From Firmicutes bacterium ADurb.Bin193 (GTDB lineage Bacteria > Bacillota > Clostridia > Monoglobales > Firm-18), in contig MWCQ01000006.1 in assembly GCA_002070105.1 (NCBI GenBank), positions 35,651-99,650 on the forward strand: a stretch of 64,000 nt of DNA, written 5' to 3'. The notes beneath the pieces are model-generated. The model ran no database searches. It saw only the letters and a program-made list of their open reading frames with translations, and was not told the DNA's origin. This document shows, piece after piece, positions 19,315 through 28,709 of this stretch. The position numbers and the translations under genes are program-made. Positions within the stretch are counted from its first letter, which is position 1, and each line of letters begins with the position of its first letter.

Positions 19315-20384
19315 ACCTTTTGTGTCCAGCCGAAGGTGTCGGGGATTTCTCCTCTTTGGATTCCCGTAATGTTGTCATACAGCATCTGGGCGATCGGGCC
19401 CGTTTTGTTGTTGTTTATCGTAATTCGGTTTCCTCCCCGATTAAGCTCGCCTATCGGACTTATTACCGCGGCTGTGCCTGTTCCGAACACTTCGTCAAGT
19501 TTTCCCGCGGCGTGCGCCTCATATACCTCGTCAATGCTTATAACCCTCTCGGTAATCTTTATTCCGCGGTGTTTCAAAAGCTCAATAACGCTCATTCGTG
19601 TAATGCCGGGAAGAATACTTCCCTGAAGCATGGGGGTTATGACCTCACCGTCTATTACAAAAAATACATTCATCGTTCCGACTTCTTCAATGTACTTTCT
19701 CTCAACGCCGTCAAGCCACAAAACCTGTGTATATTTTGCATCCTCCGCCTCCTGCTGTGCCTTGAGGCTTGCGGCATAGTTTCCTGCGGTCTTTGAAGCG
19801 CCCACGCCGCCCCTTACCGCACGGACATATTTAGTTTCAACCCATATCTTAACGGGATTTACGCCCTCGGGATAATACTGCCCGCTCGGAGATGCTATTA
19901 TTATAAATTTATAAGTATGCGAGGGATGAATGCCCAAAAATGCATCCGTTGCGATGATAAAGGGACGAAGATACAGCGAGGTTCCCTTCGATGACGGAAC
20001 CCAGTCCCTTTCGACATCAACAAATGTTTTTAGCACTTTTATGCAGAAATCAACATCAATCGGGGGTATGCAAAGGCGTTCGTTGCTTTGGTTTATACGC
20101 TCCATATTCTTTTCGGGGCGGAAAAGCAGTATCTCGCCGTCACTTTTTCTGTATGCCTTGAGCCCCTCGAATATAGCCTGACCGTAATGAAGCACCATTG
20201 TGGAGGGGTCAAGTTCAATCGGTCCGTAGGGGACTATGCGCGGGTCGTACCACCCCTTTTCCGTTGAATAATCCATAATAAACATATGGTCGGTAAACTT
20301 TTTGCCGAATCCGAGATTGCTCTCGTCCGTCGGCTTTTGCTTTGGCTGTTTTGTCAATTGTAGTGCGATTTCCATGATTTGCAT
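19311..20384 (-). CDS. ilvE: branched-chain amino acid aminotransferase
   Basis: Class IV aminotransferase pattern (HYGQAIFEGLKAY, GGVGASKTAGNYA, EEVGTMNVFFV). Confidence 0.9.
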   Translation of the reverse strand: MQIMEIALQLTKQPKQKPTDESNLGFGKKFTDHMFIMDYSTEKGWYDPRIVPYGPIELDPSTMVLHYGQAIFEGLKAYRKSDGEILLFRPEKNMERINQSNERLCIPPIDVDFCIKVLKTFVDVERDWVPSSKGTSLYLRPFIIATDAFLGIHPSHTYKFIIIASPSGQYYPEGVNPVKIWVETKYVRAVRGGVGASKTAGNYAASLKAQQEAEDAKYTQVLWLDGVERKYIEEVGTMNVFFVIDGEVITPMLQGSILPGITRMSVIELLKHRGIKITERVISIDEVYEAHAAGKLDEVFGTGTAAVISPIGELNRGGNRITINNNKTGPIAQMLYDNITGIQRGEIPDTFGWTQKV

Positions 20385-20501
20385 CTCCTTATTTCTGTTG
20401 GGGCTTATAATGCGAAAATTTTTCTTAAGTTTTTTCGTTTAAGCCTCTGTTTGATTTTATTTTAACATAACGGTGCGATAAGCGCAAGGTAAAATTATGT
20501 A

Positions 20502-21554
20502 TTAAACGCTGTAACCCTTAAAATTCAAAAGCGGGGCAAAAGACTGCCTTAAATGTTTTGAATATATGTCAAATACACCTTTGGCGAGCTTTTGGTAATC
20601 ATGGCGCACATTGCCCGTTGCGGTATGAACGCACGGAAGCTCAACAAGCTTAATTTTATTGGAAATAAACTGCTCGGGGTGCACCTCTACAATCTGTGCG
20701 CCGTCCTCTATGTATCGTTTAAGAAGCGGTTCGGGAACCCCCTCGTTATTCACTACGCAGTAGTCCATAATCTTTCCGCCCGCATGGTCGCAAATTGCCT
20801 TTGCGTGCGCAAACGCATCCATATTGTCGGTTTCACCGGGTTGTGTCATAATATTGCAGACATAGATTTTTACAGCCCTGCTTGCTTTCACGGCATCCGC
20901 AACCCCGTCCACGATCAGATTGGGGATAATGCTTGTGTAAAGGCTTCCCGGGCCTAAAACTATTATATCAGCTTCCTCTATCGCCTTCAAAACACCGGCA
21001 ACCGGCTTGGCGTCGGCAGGAACCAGACGGACTTTTTCTATTCTGCTTTTCATTTCCAGGGCGGCCTTTCCTATTTTGCTTTCGCCTTTTACAATTTCTT
21101 TGTTTTCCAGCTGTGCCTCTATGATTACATTTTCGACGGTGACGGGAAGAACCCTGCCCGTTACGCGCAGAACATCGCTTACGGCATTGACGGTTTCTTC
21201 AAAATCGTTGGATATTCCGAAAACCGCGGCAAGTAGCAGGTTCCCGAAGCACTGACCCGATAGATTTCCGCTTGAAAACCTGTATTGCAAAAGCTTTTTC
21301 ATACTCGGCTCAGCCTCGGCAAGCGCAACTATACAGTTTCTGATATCGCCGGGAGGCAGTATTCCAAGCTCACGCCGAAGATAGCCGGAGCTTCCTCCGT
21401 CGTCCGCCATGGTTACGACCGCCGTGATGTTGGGAGTAAGGGCTTTGAGACCCCGAAGCATTGTTGAAAGCCCTGTGCCGCCGCCGAAAGCAACGACTTT
21501 AGGAACGATATTCCTCTTTGTTAATATAAGACATTCCCCCTTTTGGGGCGGCAA
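20502..21554 (-). CDS. yvcK: YvcK/CofD-family gluconeogenesis/cell-shape factor
   Basis: VVAFGGGTGLSTMLRGLK and LGPGSLYTSIIPNL motifs. Follows rapZ as in other Firmicutes. Start codon uncertain. Confidence 0.85.
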   Translation of the reverse strand: MPPQKGECLILTKRNIVPKVVAFGGGTGLSTMLRGLKALTPNITAVVTMADDGGSSGYLRRELGILPPGDIRNCIVALAEAEPSMKKLLQYRFSSGNLSGQCFGNLLLAAVFGISNDFEETVNAVSDVLRVTGRVLPVTVENVIIEAQLENKEIVKGESKIGKAALEMKSRIEKVRLVPADAKPVAGVLKAIEEADIIVLGPGSLYTSIIPNLIVDGVADAVKASRAVKIYVCNIMTQPGETDNMDAFAHAKAICDHAGGKIMDYCVVNNEGVPEPLLKRYIEDGAQIVEVHPEQFISNKIKLVELPCVHTATGNVRHDYQKLAKGVFDIYSKHLRQSFAPLLNFKGYSV

Positions 21555-21568
21555 TTGCCGCGGATGAA

Positions 21569-22426
21569 TCAGCTTTTTTTGTAGTCTCGGTGAATCGTAT
21601 GCACCTTTTTATTCATAGCCCTTAAATGTTCACCCAGCTTTTCGGCAAATGTAACCGAGCGATGTTTCCCACCCGTACAGCCTATCGCAACCACAACCTG
21701 TGATTTTCCCTCTTCCAAATAGTGAGGGATAAGAAAATCCATCATATCAAAAAGCTTGTTCATAAATTCCACACTTTGCGGAAAGCTCATGACATAGTCG
21801 GAAACATCCTTTGAAAGACCGCCTTTATCCTTAAGCTCGACAATGTAGTAGGGATTCGGCAAAAACCTTACATCAAAAACAAGATCGGCATCAAGCGGAA
21901 TTCCGTATTTAAAACCGAAGGACAGTATGTTTATTACAATTTCACGCTTTTCTTCATCCGAGGAAAAAAGCTTTAATAATTTTGCTTTAAGATTTTGGAT
22001 GGACAGTAATGAGGTATCTATAACATGTGTGGCATTTACTCTTATCTCATCGAGCATTTTGCGCTCTTTTGCAATTGCCTCCGGCAGGCGGTCATCAACC
22101 GAAAGGGGATGCTTTCGCCTTGTTTCCTTATACCTTTTTATAAGCGTTTCGTCATTTGCATCCAAAAACAGTATTTCGTATTTATAGCCCTTTTCTTTAA
22201 GCTCCTTCAGATTTTCGGATATCTGTCCGAATATATCCTCTCCGCGTATGTCGCACACAACCGCCGCGCGCTTAATCTTGCCCTGAGAGCTCATGCAAAG
22301 CTCTGCGAACTTCGGAACAAAGAACAGCGGAATATTATCGACGCAGTAATAGCCCGCATCTTCAAAAATTTTCATAGCCTGACTTTTTCCGGCACCAGAC
22401 ATACCTGTAATTATTACAAACCGCAT
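21569..22426 (-). CDS. rapZ: RNase adapter protein RapZ (YvcJ)
   Basis: MRFVIITGMSGAGKS Walker A; C-terminal GCTGGKHRSV. Confidence 0.9.
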   Translation of the reverse strand: MRFVIITGMSGAGKSQAMKIFEDAGYYCVDNIPLFFVPKFAELCMSSQGKIKRAAVVCDIRGEDIFGQISENLKELKEKGYKYEILFLDANDETLIKRYKETRRKHPLSVDDRLPEAIAKERKMLDEIRVNATHVIDTSLLSIQNLKAKLLKLFSSDEEKREIVINILSFGFKYGIPLDADLVFDVRFLPNPYYIVELKDKGGLSKDVSDYVMSFPQSVEFMNKLFDMMDFLIPHYLEEGKSQVVVAIGCTGGKHRSVTFAEKLGEHLRAMNKKVHTIHRDYKKS

Positions 22427-23319
22427 ATCTTCACCTCTGTTTCAAGCTTTACACCGAACTTATCCTCAACCGCGTTTTGGACATGCCTTATCAGACTTGC
22501 AACATCGTCAAAGCTTGCATTTCTGTCGTTTACTATAAAGCCGCAGTGTTTTTGCGAAACGCATGCCCCGCCTATGCGGAAACCCCGAAGCCCCGCGTCC
22601 TCTATAAGCTTTCCCGCATAATAACCTTCGGGGCGCTTAAAGATGCTCCCCGCGCTGTAGCACTCAAGAGGCTGTTTATCACGCCTTAGCTTAGCAAATT
22701 CCTGCATTTTTGCCTTTATCTCATCCCTCGGTTTTTCAAAAAGTTTAAGCCTGTTCTCAATTATTATCCATCGTTTCCCGCTGAATATGCTTTTTCTGTA
22801 ACCAAATTCATGGGCGTCACCCGTTATTTCGTGCACATCCCCGTTTTCGTCAATATAGACCGTTGAAATTACGACATCCTTCATCTCGCCGTCGTATGCC
22901 CCCGCATTCATAACAACTGCTCCGCCGACAGTTCCCGGTATACCCGATGCAAATTCAAAACCGCCCAGCGAGTTTTTAAGGGCGTATGAGGCAATCGAGG
23001 ACAAAAGCGCCCCGCTCTGACAGGTAAGGATATTTCCCTCTAAGGAAATATCCTTCATATTTTCGCAAATCTTGATGACTATACCCCTTATTCCGTTATC
23101 CGAAACAAGCATATTTGAACCGTTGCCCATAACAAATAAGGGTACATCATGAAATTCTTTTACAATAGCGCTTATCTGTTCCGCCCCATTGGGCATTACA
23201 ATAAAATCCGCCAAACCTCCGATTCTGAAAGAGGTGTGGTTTTTCATAGGTTCATCCGTTAGAATCTGACTTTTATCAAGTATTTTCATTAGTCGGTCAT
23301 AGACAGATGAATTTTTCAA
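22414..23319 (-). CDS. murB: UDP-N-acetylenolpyruvoylglucosamine reductase
   Basis: FAD-binding N-terminal domain (NHTSFRIGG, GNGSN.L) and C-terminal MurB motifs (AGSIFKRP, GGA.VS.KH.GFIVN). Confidence 0.9.
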   Translation of the reverse strand: MKNSSVYDRLMKILDKSQILTDEPMKNHTSFRIGGLADFIVMPNGAEQISAIVKEFHDVPLFVMGNGSNMLVSDNGIRGIVIKICENMKDISLEGNILTCQSGALLSSIASYALKNSLGGFEFASGIPGTVGGAVVMNAGAYDGEMKDVVISTVYIDENGDVHEITGDAHEFGYRKSIFSGKRWIIIENRLKLFEKPRDEIKAKMQEFAKLRRDKQPLECYSAGSIFKRPEGYYAGKLIEDAGLRGFRIGGACVSQKHCGFIVNDRNASFDDVASLIRHVQNAVEDKFGVKLETEVKICGL

Positions 23320-23362
23320 TAGAAACCTCCCGAAAATTTATACTTTATATCATTATATGCTG

Positions 23363-24070
23363 TTAAATCTTAAGACCGAGATAGTCTTTTATCTTATCCA
23401 AAGAGGTATTCATAACAAGGTCAAAGTCATAGCCGACTTCGTTAAGAAGCTCGACCGAAAGCGCTACATTCCCCACATCATAGCAAATATGGCTGTCACT
23501 TGTTACAACTATGGGAAGATCGTGCTTTTTTCCGGCAGCCAGAATATCGCGGCATCTGTTTTTTATCCTCCCATCACCCATAAGCGATGCGGCGTTTACT
23601 TCGATAAGCTTTTTGGTCTTTTTTGCATGCTTAACAACCTTTTCGATATCAAAGCCCGTTTGCTCACGCTCGATATGCCCTAAAATATGAACGAGCGGAT
23701 TGTCCATAACCGCTGTCAAAACCTTTGTATGCTCTGCCTCGCTTTTGGGAGAGTATCTGCTTTGGTGGATTGATGCTATAACAACATCAAGCCGTTTAAG
23801 CTCCCACTCCTCAAGGTCAATTATCCCCTTTTCGTTTTGGATATTGCACTCTGCCCCGCGCAGAACAACAACACCGTTTATCTTACGGGGAATTGCATCA
23901 AGATTTTGAAAGTGATAGGAATGTGCTCCGTCCGCGACGCCGGGTCCGTGGTCGGTGACCGCAAACGCCTCCATTCCCTTTTGCGCCGCCAGTTCGGCAT
24001 ATTCCTTTACAGTGCTGAAAGCATGAGCGCTTGCAACGGTATGACAGTGTAAATCAACTGATATATTAAT
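23363..24070 (-). CDS. PHP-domain phosphatase (YcdX-like)
   Basis: The conserved metal-binding N-terminus (I)NISVDLHCHTVASAHAF lies upstream of the first ATG (23974), in frame and directly after the hprK stop. The start is therefore non-ATG (ATT 24070 or ATA 24064) and uncertain. Confidence 0.7.
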   Translation of the reverse strand: MNISVDLHCHTVASAHAFSTVKEYAELAAQKGMEAFAVTDHGPGVADGAHSYHFQNLDAIPRKINGVVVLRGAECNIQNEKGIIDLEEWELKRLDVVIASIHQSRYSPKSEAEHTKVLTAVMDNPLVHILGHIEREQTGFDIEKVVKHAKKTKKLIEVNAASLMGDGRIKNRCRDILAAGKKHDLPIVVTSDSHICYDVGNVALSVELLNEVGYDFDLVMNTSLDKIKDYLGLKI

Positions 24071-24082
24071 AAGTGATCGCCT

Positions 24083-25024
24083 CTATTCTCTTGTTTTATC
24101 TATACCCTCCATAAGACGCTGGCTAAGCGCCTCAGCCGCATTGTAGCCCATTCTTTTCTGGCGGTTGTTCATTGCGGCAATTTCTATGATTACGGCAAGG
24201 TTTCTGCCCGGCTTAACGGGGATAACTATCGACGGAACCTCAATGCCAAGTATTTCCGTCTTCTCTTCGACAAGACCAAGCCTGTCGTAGTGCTTTCCTT
24301 CCACCCATGCCTCAAGATTTAACACAAGGTCAATCTTTTCGTTGTCCTTTACCGAGCCGACACCGAAAATTCTCTTGACATCAATAATACCGATGCCTCT
24401 GATTTCTATAAAATGGCGAATAATTTCGGGTGCACTGCCTACAAGTGAAATTGACGATACGCGTTTTATCTCAACCGCATCGTCGGCAACAAGACGGTGG
24501 CCTCTTTTAACAAGCTCAACAGCCGCCTCGCTTTTTCCCACTCCGCTTTCACCCAAAAGCAAAACACCCTCGCCGTAAACCTCTACAAGCACGCCGTGCC
24601 TTGTTATACGCGGCGCCAATGCAACATTAAGATAGGAAATAAGCGCACTCATAAATGCCGATGTGGAAAGCTGGGTTCGGAGAATGGGTATGTTGTATTC
24701 CTTTGCTATGGGATACATTTCTTCAAAAATTTCAAGCCCTCTCGTTACAACCAAGGCCGGTATCCGCTTTGAGAACAGGGCACGGAATTTTTCCTCTCTT
24801 TGCCAGGACTCCTGATTCTGAAGATAAGTATGCTCAACCATGCCTAGAATCTGAATCCGCCTTGCATCAAAATAATCATAAAAGCCCGTTACCTGCATCG
24901 CAGGACGATTTATGTCGGCTGACTCAACCATAACATCAGAGATGTTTTCACCGCAAAAAACACACTCAAGTTTAAAACGCTCAATTATTTCTTCAAGCTT
25001 AACCGAGTAAACAGCCTCCTGCAT
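24083..25024 (-). CDS. hprK: HPr kinase/phosphorylase
   Basis: Walker A GESGVGKSE and signature LVADD...IEIRGIGIIDV. Confidence 0.95.
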   Translation of the reverse strand: MQEAVYSVKLEEIIERFKLECVFCGENISDVMVESADINRPAMQVTGFYDYFDARRIQILGMVEHTYLQNQESWQREEKFRALFSKRIPALVVTRGLEIFEEMYPIAKEYNIPILRTQLSTSAFMSALISYLNVALAPRITRHGVLVEVYGEGVLLLGESGVGKSEAAVELVKRGHRLVADDAVEIKRVSSISLVGSAPEIIRHFIEIRGIGIIDVKRIFGVGSVKDNEKIDLVLNLEAWVEGKHYDRLGLVEEKTEILGIEVPSIVIPVKPGRNLAVIIEIAAMNNRQKRMGYNAAEALSQRLMEGIDKTRE

Positions 25025-25187
25025 AGCGCCTCATCCCCCGCACAAAACTTTTAATCCGGATAAATATAAATAATTATATCACTAATAGCAGTAAGGGTCA
25101 ATATAATATTGTCTCCTGCGGGCAAAATGGGCGCCGCACTTTTGTACGACGCCCGCAAAGCAACAATAGAAATAAAAAATACGACTT

Positions 25188-25835
25188 CTATAACAGGGGG
25201 ATATCCTCGTCAAAGGAGTGAATATACAGGTCGCAAACTTCTTTCATCCTTTCCTTCTGGGCTTCGCTTGAACGGTCATAAACACCCACAACCCTAAAGC
25301 CCGCCTCCTTTGCAACGACGGCGGCGTGAAGGGCATCTTCAAATACCAAAACCTCATCCGGCTTTAAGCCAAGCCTTTCGGCACAGTAATTGTATATTTT
25401 GGGCTCGGTCTTGGAGCAGTTCAAAAGCCCGCAGGTTGTAACAAACAGGAACATTTGAAGAACCCCAAGATGTTTAAGCGCGTCGCAGGTCAGGTCATAG
25501 TCGTTTGCCGTTGCGACACAAAGCATGATACCCTTTTCTTTAAGCCTGTCAAGCATTCGGTGCGCAAAGGGCTTTAGTTCTATGCGGGTAAGATATACAT
25601 CCCTCATAAGCTCGTTAAGCCTTTTCATAACCTGCTTTTTCGATTGAGCAACACCAAGTTCGCTTATAAAATATTCAACACACTGTTCTATCGTTTTTTT
25701 CTTTAGCATTTCTGAAAGATTATCAGGAACCTTAACTCCGCTTTCCTCAAGAAACGACCGGTCAATGGCGTGCCATATATGCATTGAGTCGAGAAGTGTT
25801 CCGTCAAGATCGAAAATTGCTCCTTTTATATTCAT
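25188..25835 (-). CDS. HAD-superfamily hydrolase (beta-phosphoglucomutase-like subfamily IA)
   Basis: DxDGTLxDS motif (FDLDGTLLDS); C-terminal FEDA. Confidence 0.8.
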   Translation of the reverse strand: MNIKGAIFDLDGTLLDSMHIWHAIDRSFLEESGVKVPDNLSEMLKKKTIEQCVEYFISELGVAQSKKQVMKRLNELMRDVYLTRIELKPFAHRMLDRLKEKGIMLCVATANDYDLTCDALKHLGVLQMFLFVTTCGLLNCSKTEPKIYNYCAERLGLKPDEVLVFEDALHAAVVAKEAGFRVVGVYDRSSEAQKERMKEVCDLYIHSFDEDIPLL

Positions 25836-25968
25836 GGTCTACCTCATCAGATAAAATTAATCAGTATATATTAGAGTATGCCAATACCGTAAAAAATATT
25901 GCATATCCACTTGTGCTACCGTAAAAACCGCATTTAATTTCTTCCTGCAGTATAATCCTTTACGACTA

Positions 25969-26823
25969 TTAAGTCAATTTTTTTATCGGCTTGTCGCCTG
26001 TAATCAGGGGCGCGCCTGCTTTTTCGGGGCAACAAAGCTCGGTCATGTGTTTCCAGTATCGTTTTGGCATGTGGCTCATGCGGCATTTGGGGTTGTGCCG
26101 TCCCTCTACCTCTATCGTTTTGTAGAAAAGCCGCCAGAGTTCACGGAAAACCGTTTCGGCTTCACAGGCCTCGGGAAGCACAAAATCGGATGCAGGGATT
26201 ATTTCGCACCTGTAGGGCTTGTAGATAAGCGCCGCAGAGTGTGTTTTGTCGTGAATCAAAAATGTTTCCTCGGGATACCTTCCGCAAAAATGCTCCGACA
26301 GCAACGGCAAAACAAAATTTTTCGGCTCTATCTGTGCGGCAAGCGCGCCGCCGTAGTCCGAAAAACGGACAAAGCCCTTTAAGAGATGAACTTCGCGGCT
26401 TAAATGCCTGACAGCCTTAAAAAGCTTGTTCACAACATCATCGGCAAGCATATTCATCACCGAGGCGCCATGGGTAAAGCCCTTTCGCAGAAACAAAAGC
26501 ATATACAGCTCTTTTTTCGGAAGGCAGGTCAAAAAAGCCTCCTTTATGAAGGTCAAAGCCGCCGCACCCATCCTTTTCGGAATGGCTTTTAAGACGCGCT
26601 GTGCCTTTTGGAGGTCTGTGTCAATATTTTTTTCAAAAATGAGAGATGTTTGTGAAAAATCCGATACGATATCCCTTGGAATCTCGTTTTTTTCATAGCT
26701 TTCAAAGACACAGCATAAAAAGCCTTCAAAACTTCCGTCATAGCGATAGATTAAATCGGAAAACCCGCAGTTTCGATACGGGCCGCACAAGCCGTTTGGT
26801 CGGGTATTCCAGCCATCAGGCAT
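25969..26823 (-). CDS. DUF4130/TIGR03915-like putative DNA metabolism protein (partner of the radical SAM protein)
   Basis: YDGSFEGFLCCVFESYE N-terminal motif recalled for the TIGR03915 family. Sits downstream of, and 73 nt overlapping with, the radical SAM gene. Good RBS GAGGAG 8 nt before the ATG at 26823. Confidence 0.7.
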   Translation of the reverse strand: MPDGWNTRPNGLCGPYRNCGFSDLIYRYDGSFEGFLCCVFESYEKNEIPRDIVSDFSQTSLIFEKNIDTDLQKAQRVLKAIPKRMGAAALTFIKEAFLTCLPKKELYMLLFLRKGFTHGASVMNMLADDVVNKLFKAVRHLSREVHLLKGFVRFSDYGGALAAQIEPKNFVLPLLSEHFCGRYPEETFLIHDKTHSAALIYKPYRCEIIPASDFVLPEACEAETVFRELWRLFYKTIEVEGRHNPKCRMSHMPKRYWKHMTELCCPEKAGAPLITGDKPIKKLT

Positions 26824-28106
26824 TTTTTCATCTCCTCTTCGATAAGGTTTTCGCGGTCAAAGACGGAAAGCTGTTCCCACTTAGGCGACAACATTCCAAG
26901 CTCTCTCTCGGACATAAGGGCGCGAAGGATTTCATCCTGGGTTATTTTAACGCCTTCGGCTATTTTACCGCGGCAGGTTATAAAATATTTTGCTCGCTTT
27001 AAGACTATTCCGGTCTTTTTAAGACCGTCAAAGTCCAAAGAGCTTGCACGCCGCGCGGTCATTATTCGCCTTGCGCCTGTTACGCCTATGCCGGGTACGC
27101 GTAAAAGCTCATCATATCCCGCTTTGTTTACCTCTATGGGGAAAAGCTCCAAATGATTAAGCGCCCAGTTGCACTTTGGGTCAACATACGGGTTAAGAGT
27201 CTGATGACTTTGGTCTAAAATTTCGCCCGCAGAAAACCCGTAAAAGCGAATCAGCCAATCCGCCTGATAAAGCCTGTGCTCACGAAAAAGCGGCGGACTT
27301 GTATCGGGCGAGGGAAGCAGACTGTCCTCCGCCACGGGTATATACGCCGAGTAAAACACACGCTTTAATTTGTACTTTTTATAGAGGCTTTCGGTAAGGT
27401 TTAGAATATGATAATCGGTTTCGGGCGTTGCGCCAATAATAATCTGGGTGCTTTGACCCGCAGGAGCGAAGGTCGGTGCATTTTTATACTGTATGATTTC
27501 GGACCTGTTTTCCTCAATGCGGTTTTTCAAATAGCCCATCGGGGCAAGAATTGAGGTTTTGGACTTGTCGGGGGCGAGAAGTTTAAGGCTTTCGAGGGAC
27601 GGAAGCTCAAGATTAACGCTCAATCGGTCGGCAAGCATCCCAAGCCTTGAAACAAGCGCGCTGTCAGTACCGGGGATAACCTTGGCATGAATGTAGCCGG
27701 AAAAGCGGTAGTCCTCACGGAGTATGCGAAGCGTTTCTATCATTCGCTCACAGGTGTAGTCGGGGGTTTTTATAACGCCGGAGCTTAAAAAAAGTCCCTC
27801 TATATAGTTTCGCCGATAAAAGTTTATGGTAAGTTCCGCAAGCTCTCGCGGTGTAAAGGCTGCGCGGGGTACATCGTTTGAACGGCGGTTTACGCAATAT
27901 TTGCAGTCAAACACGCAATAATTGGTCATTAAAACCTTCAAAAGCGAAATGCACCTTCCGTCAGCGGCAAAGCTGTGACATATACCGCAGGCAGAGGCGC
28001 TTCCGATTCCTCCTTTTTGCGCGGTTTTATCGACACCGCTCGATGTGCATGCCACATCGTATTTTGCGCTGTCGGTAAGGATTTTTAGCTTGTCAAATAA
28101 GTCCAT
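26751..28106 (-). CDS. putative DNA modification/repair radical SAM protein (TIGR03916-like) with C-terminal helix-hairpin-helix
   Basis: CxxxCxxC cluster (CVFDCKYCVNR) and C-terminal HhH (LLRVPGIGVTGARRI). Start at M69 of the track ORF, preceded by AAGGCGG and a promoter (see 28126..28175). Confidence 0.8.
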   Translation of the reverse strand: MDLFDKLKILTDSAKYDVACTSSGVDKTAQKGGIGSASACGICHSFAADGRCISLLKVLMTNYCVFDCKYCVNRRSNDVPRAAFTPRELAELTINFYRRNYIEGLFLSSGVIKTPDYTCERMIETLRILREDYRFSGYIHAKVIPGTDSALVSRLGMLADRLSVNLELPSLESLKLLAPDKSKTSILAPMGYLKNRIEENRSEIIQYKNAPTFAPAGQSTQIIIGATPETDYHILNLTESLYKKYKLKRVFYSAYIPVAEDSLLPSPDTSPPLFREHRLYQADWLIRFYGFSAGEILDQSHQTLNPYVDPKCNWALNHLELFPIEVNKAGYDELLRVPGIGVTGARRIMTARRASSLDFDGLKKTGIVLKRAKYFITCRGKIAEGVKITQDEILRALMSERELGMLSPKWEQLSVFDRENLIEEEMKKCLMAGIPDQTACAARIETAGFPI

Positions 28107-28125
28107 AAAACCGCCGCCTTGCAAA

Positions 28126-28175
28126 GAACATCCGTTCATATAAAAATTATACCGCAGAACATATGTTCTTGTAAA
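28126..28175 (-). promoter_or_regulatory. promoter with two LexA (Cheo-type) boxes
   Basis: Minus strand reads TTTACA-AGAACATATGTTCTgcgg-TATAAT-ttttat-GAACGGATGTTC. Box 1 (28156-28169) fills the -35/-10 spacer. Box 2 (28126-28137) lies just downstream of the -10. Both fit GAAC-N4-GTTC. Confidence 0.65.
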
Positions 28176-28253
28176 GAGGGGATTTTTTGGGGGGTATTGA
28201 GAGTTTTGCGATTGTAGGTAAAATCTAAGAGAACATCTTATCGCAGTCCCTAG

Positions 28254-28514
28254 CAAAACGGAATATGCGAAAGATTGGTCGGCATAAGTCGTCACGGGTT
28301 GCTGAATCATATCGTCCCTTTAAATCAAAGGCATTTGGAATGTCTATTAAAGGAATATATCAACTATTACAATACAGTTAGAACTCACCAAGGTATTAAC
28401 TGTCAAACACCCATTATGTCTGATGCTCCTACCAAAACTTCAACAACAAATACTTTTTTGGAATCGAAACCGATTCTTGGAGGCTTGTATCATTCTTATC
28501 AGAAAGTCGCTTAA
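28254..28514 (+). pseudogene. 3' remnant of a DDE (rve/integrase-core) transposase gene
   Basis: The open frame from 28254 reads QNGICERLVGISRHGLLNHIVPLNQRHLECLLKEYINYYNTVRTHQGINCQTP...ILGGLYHSYQKVA. This matches only the C-terminal ~85 aa of IS integrase-core transposases; no N-terminal or catalytic part is present. Confidence 0.7.
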
Positions 28515-28604
28515 AATGGTGTGACGATTCTCAAAATTTGGTCTGTTGTAATTTTCAACAGGCTTAATCAGTATGCAGTGAATCAAAATTTTTGCTTTGT
28601 TTTG

Positions 28605-28647
28605 ACAGTTGCCCGCCGTTTCACCACGACAGGCAACTGCTTTTTTG
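28605..28647 (+). terminator. intrinsic terminator after the transposase remnant
   Basis: acagttgcc...ggcaactg stem followed by cttttttg. Confidence 0.55.
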
Positions 28648-28709
28648 ATTTGAATTTTGGTCTTTTACTCGCAGATGTAATTTTTGCAGGCGACAGGGAA
28701 TTCAATTAG

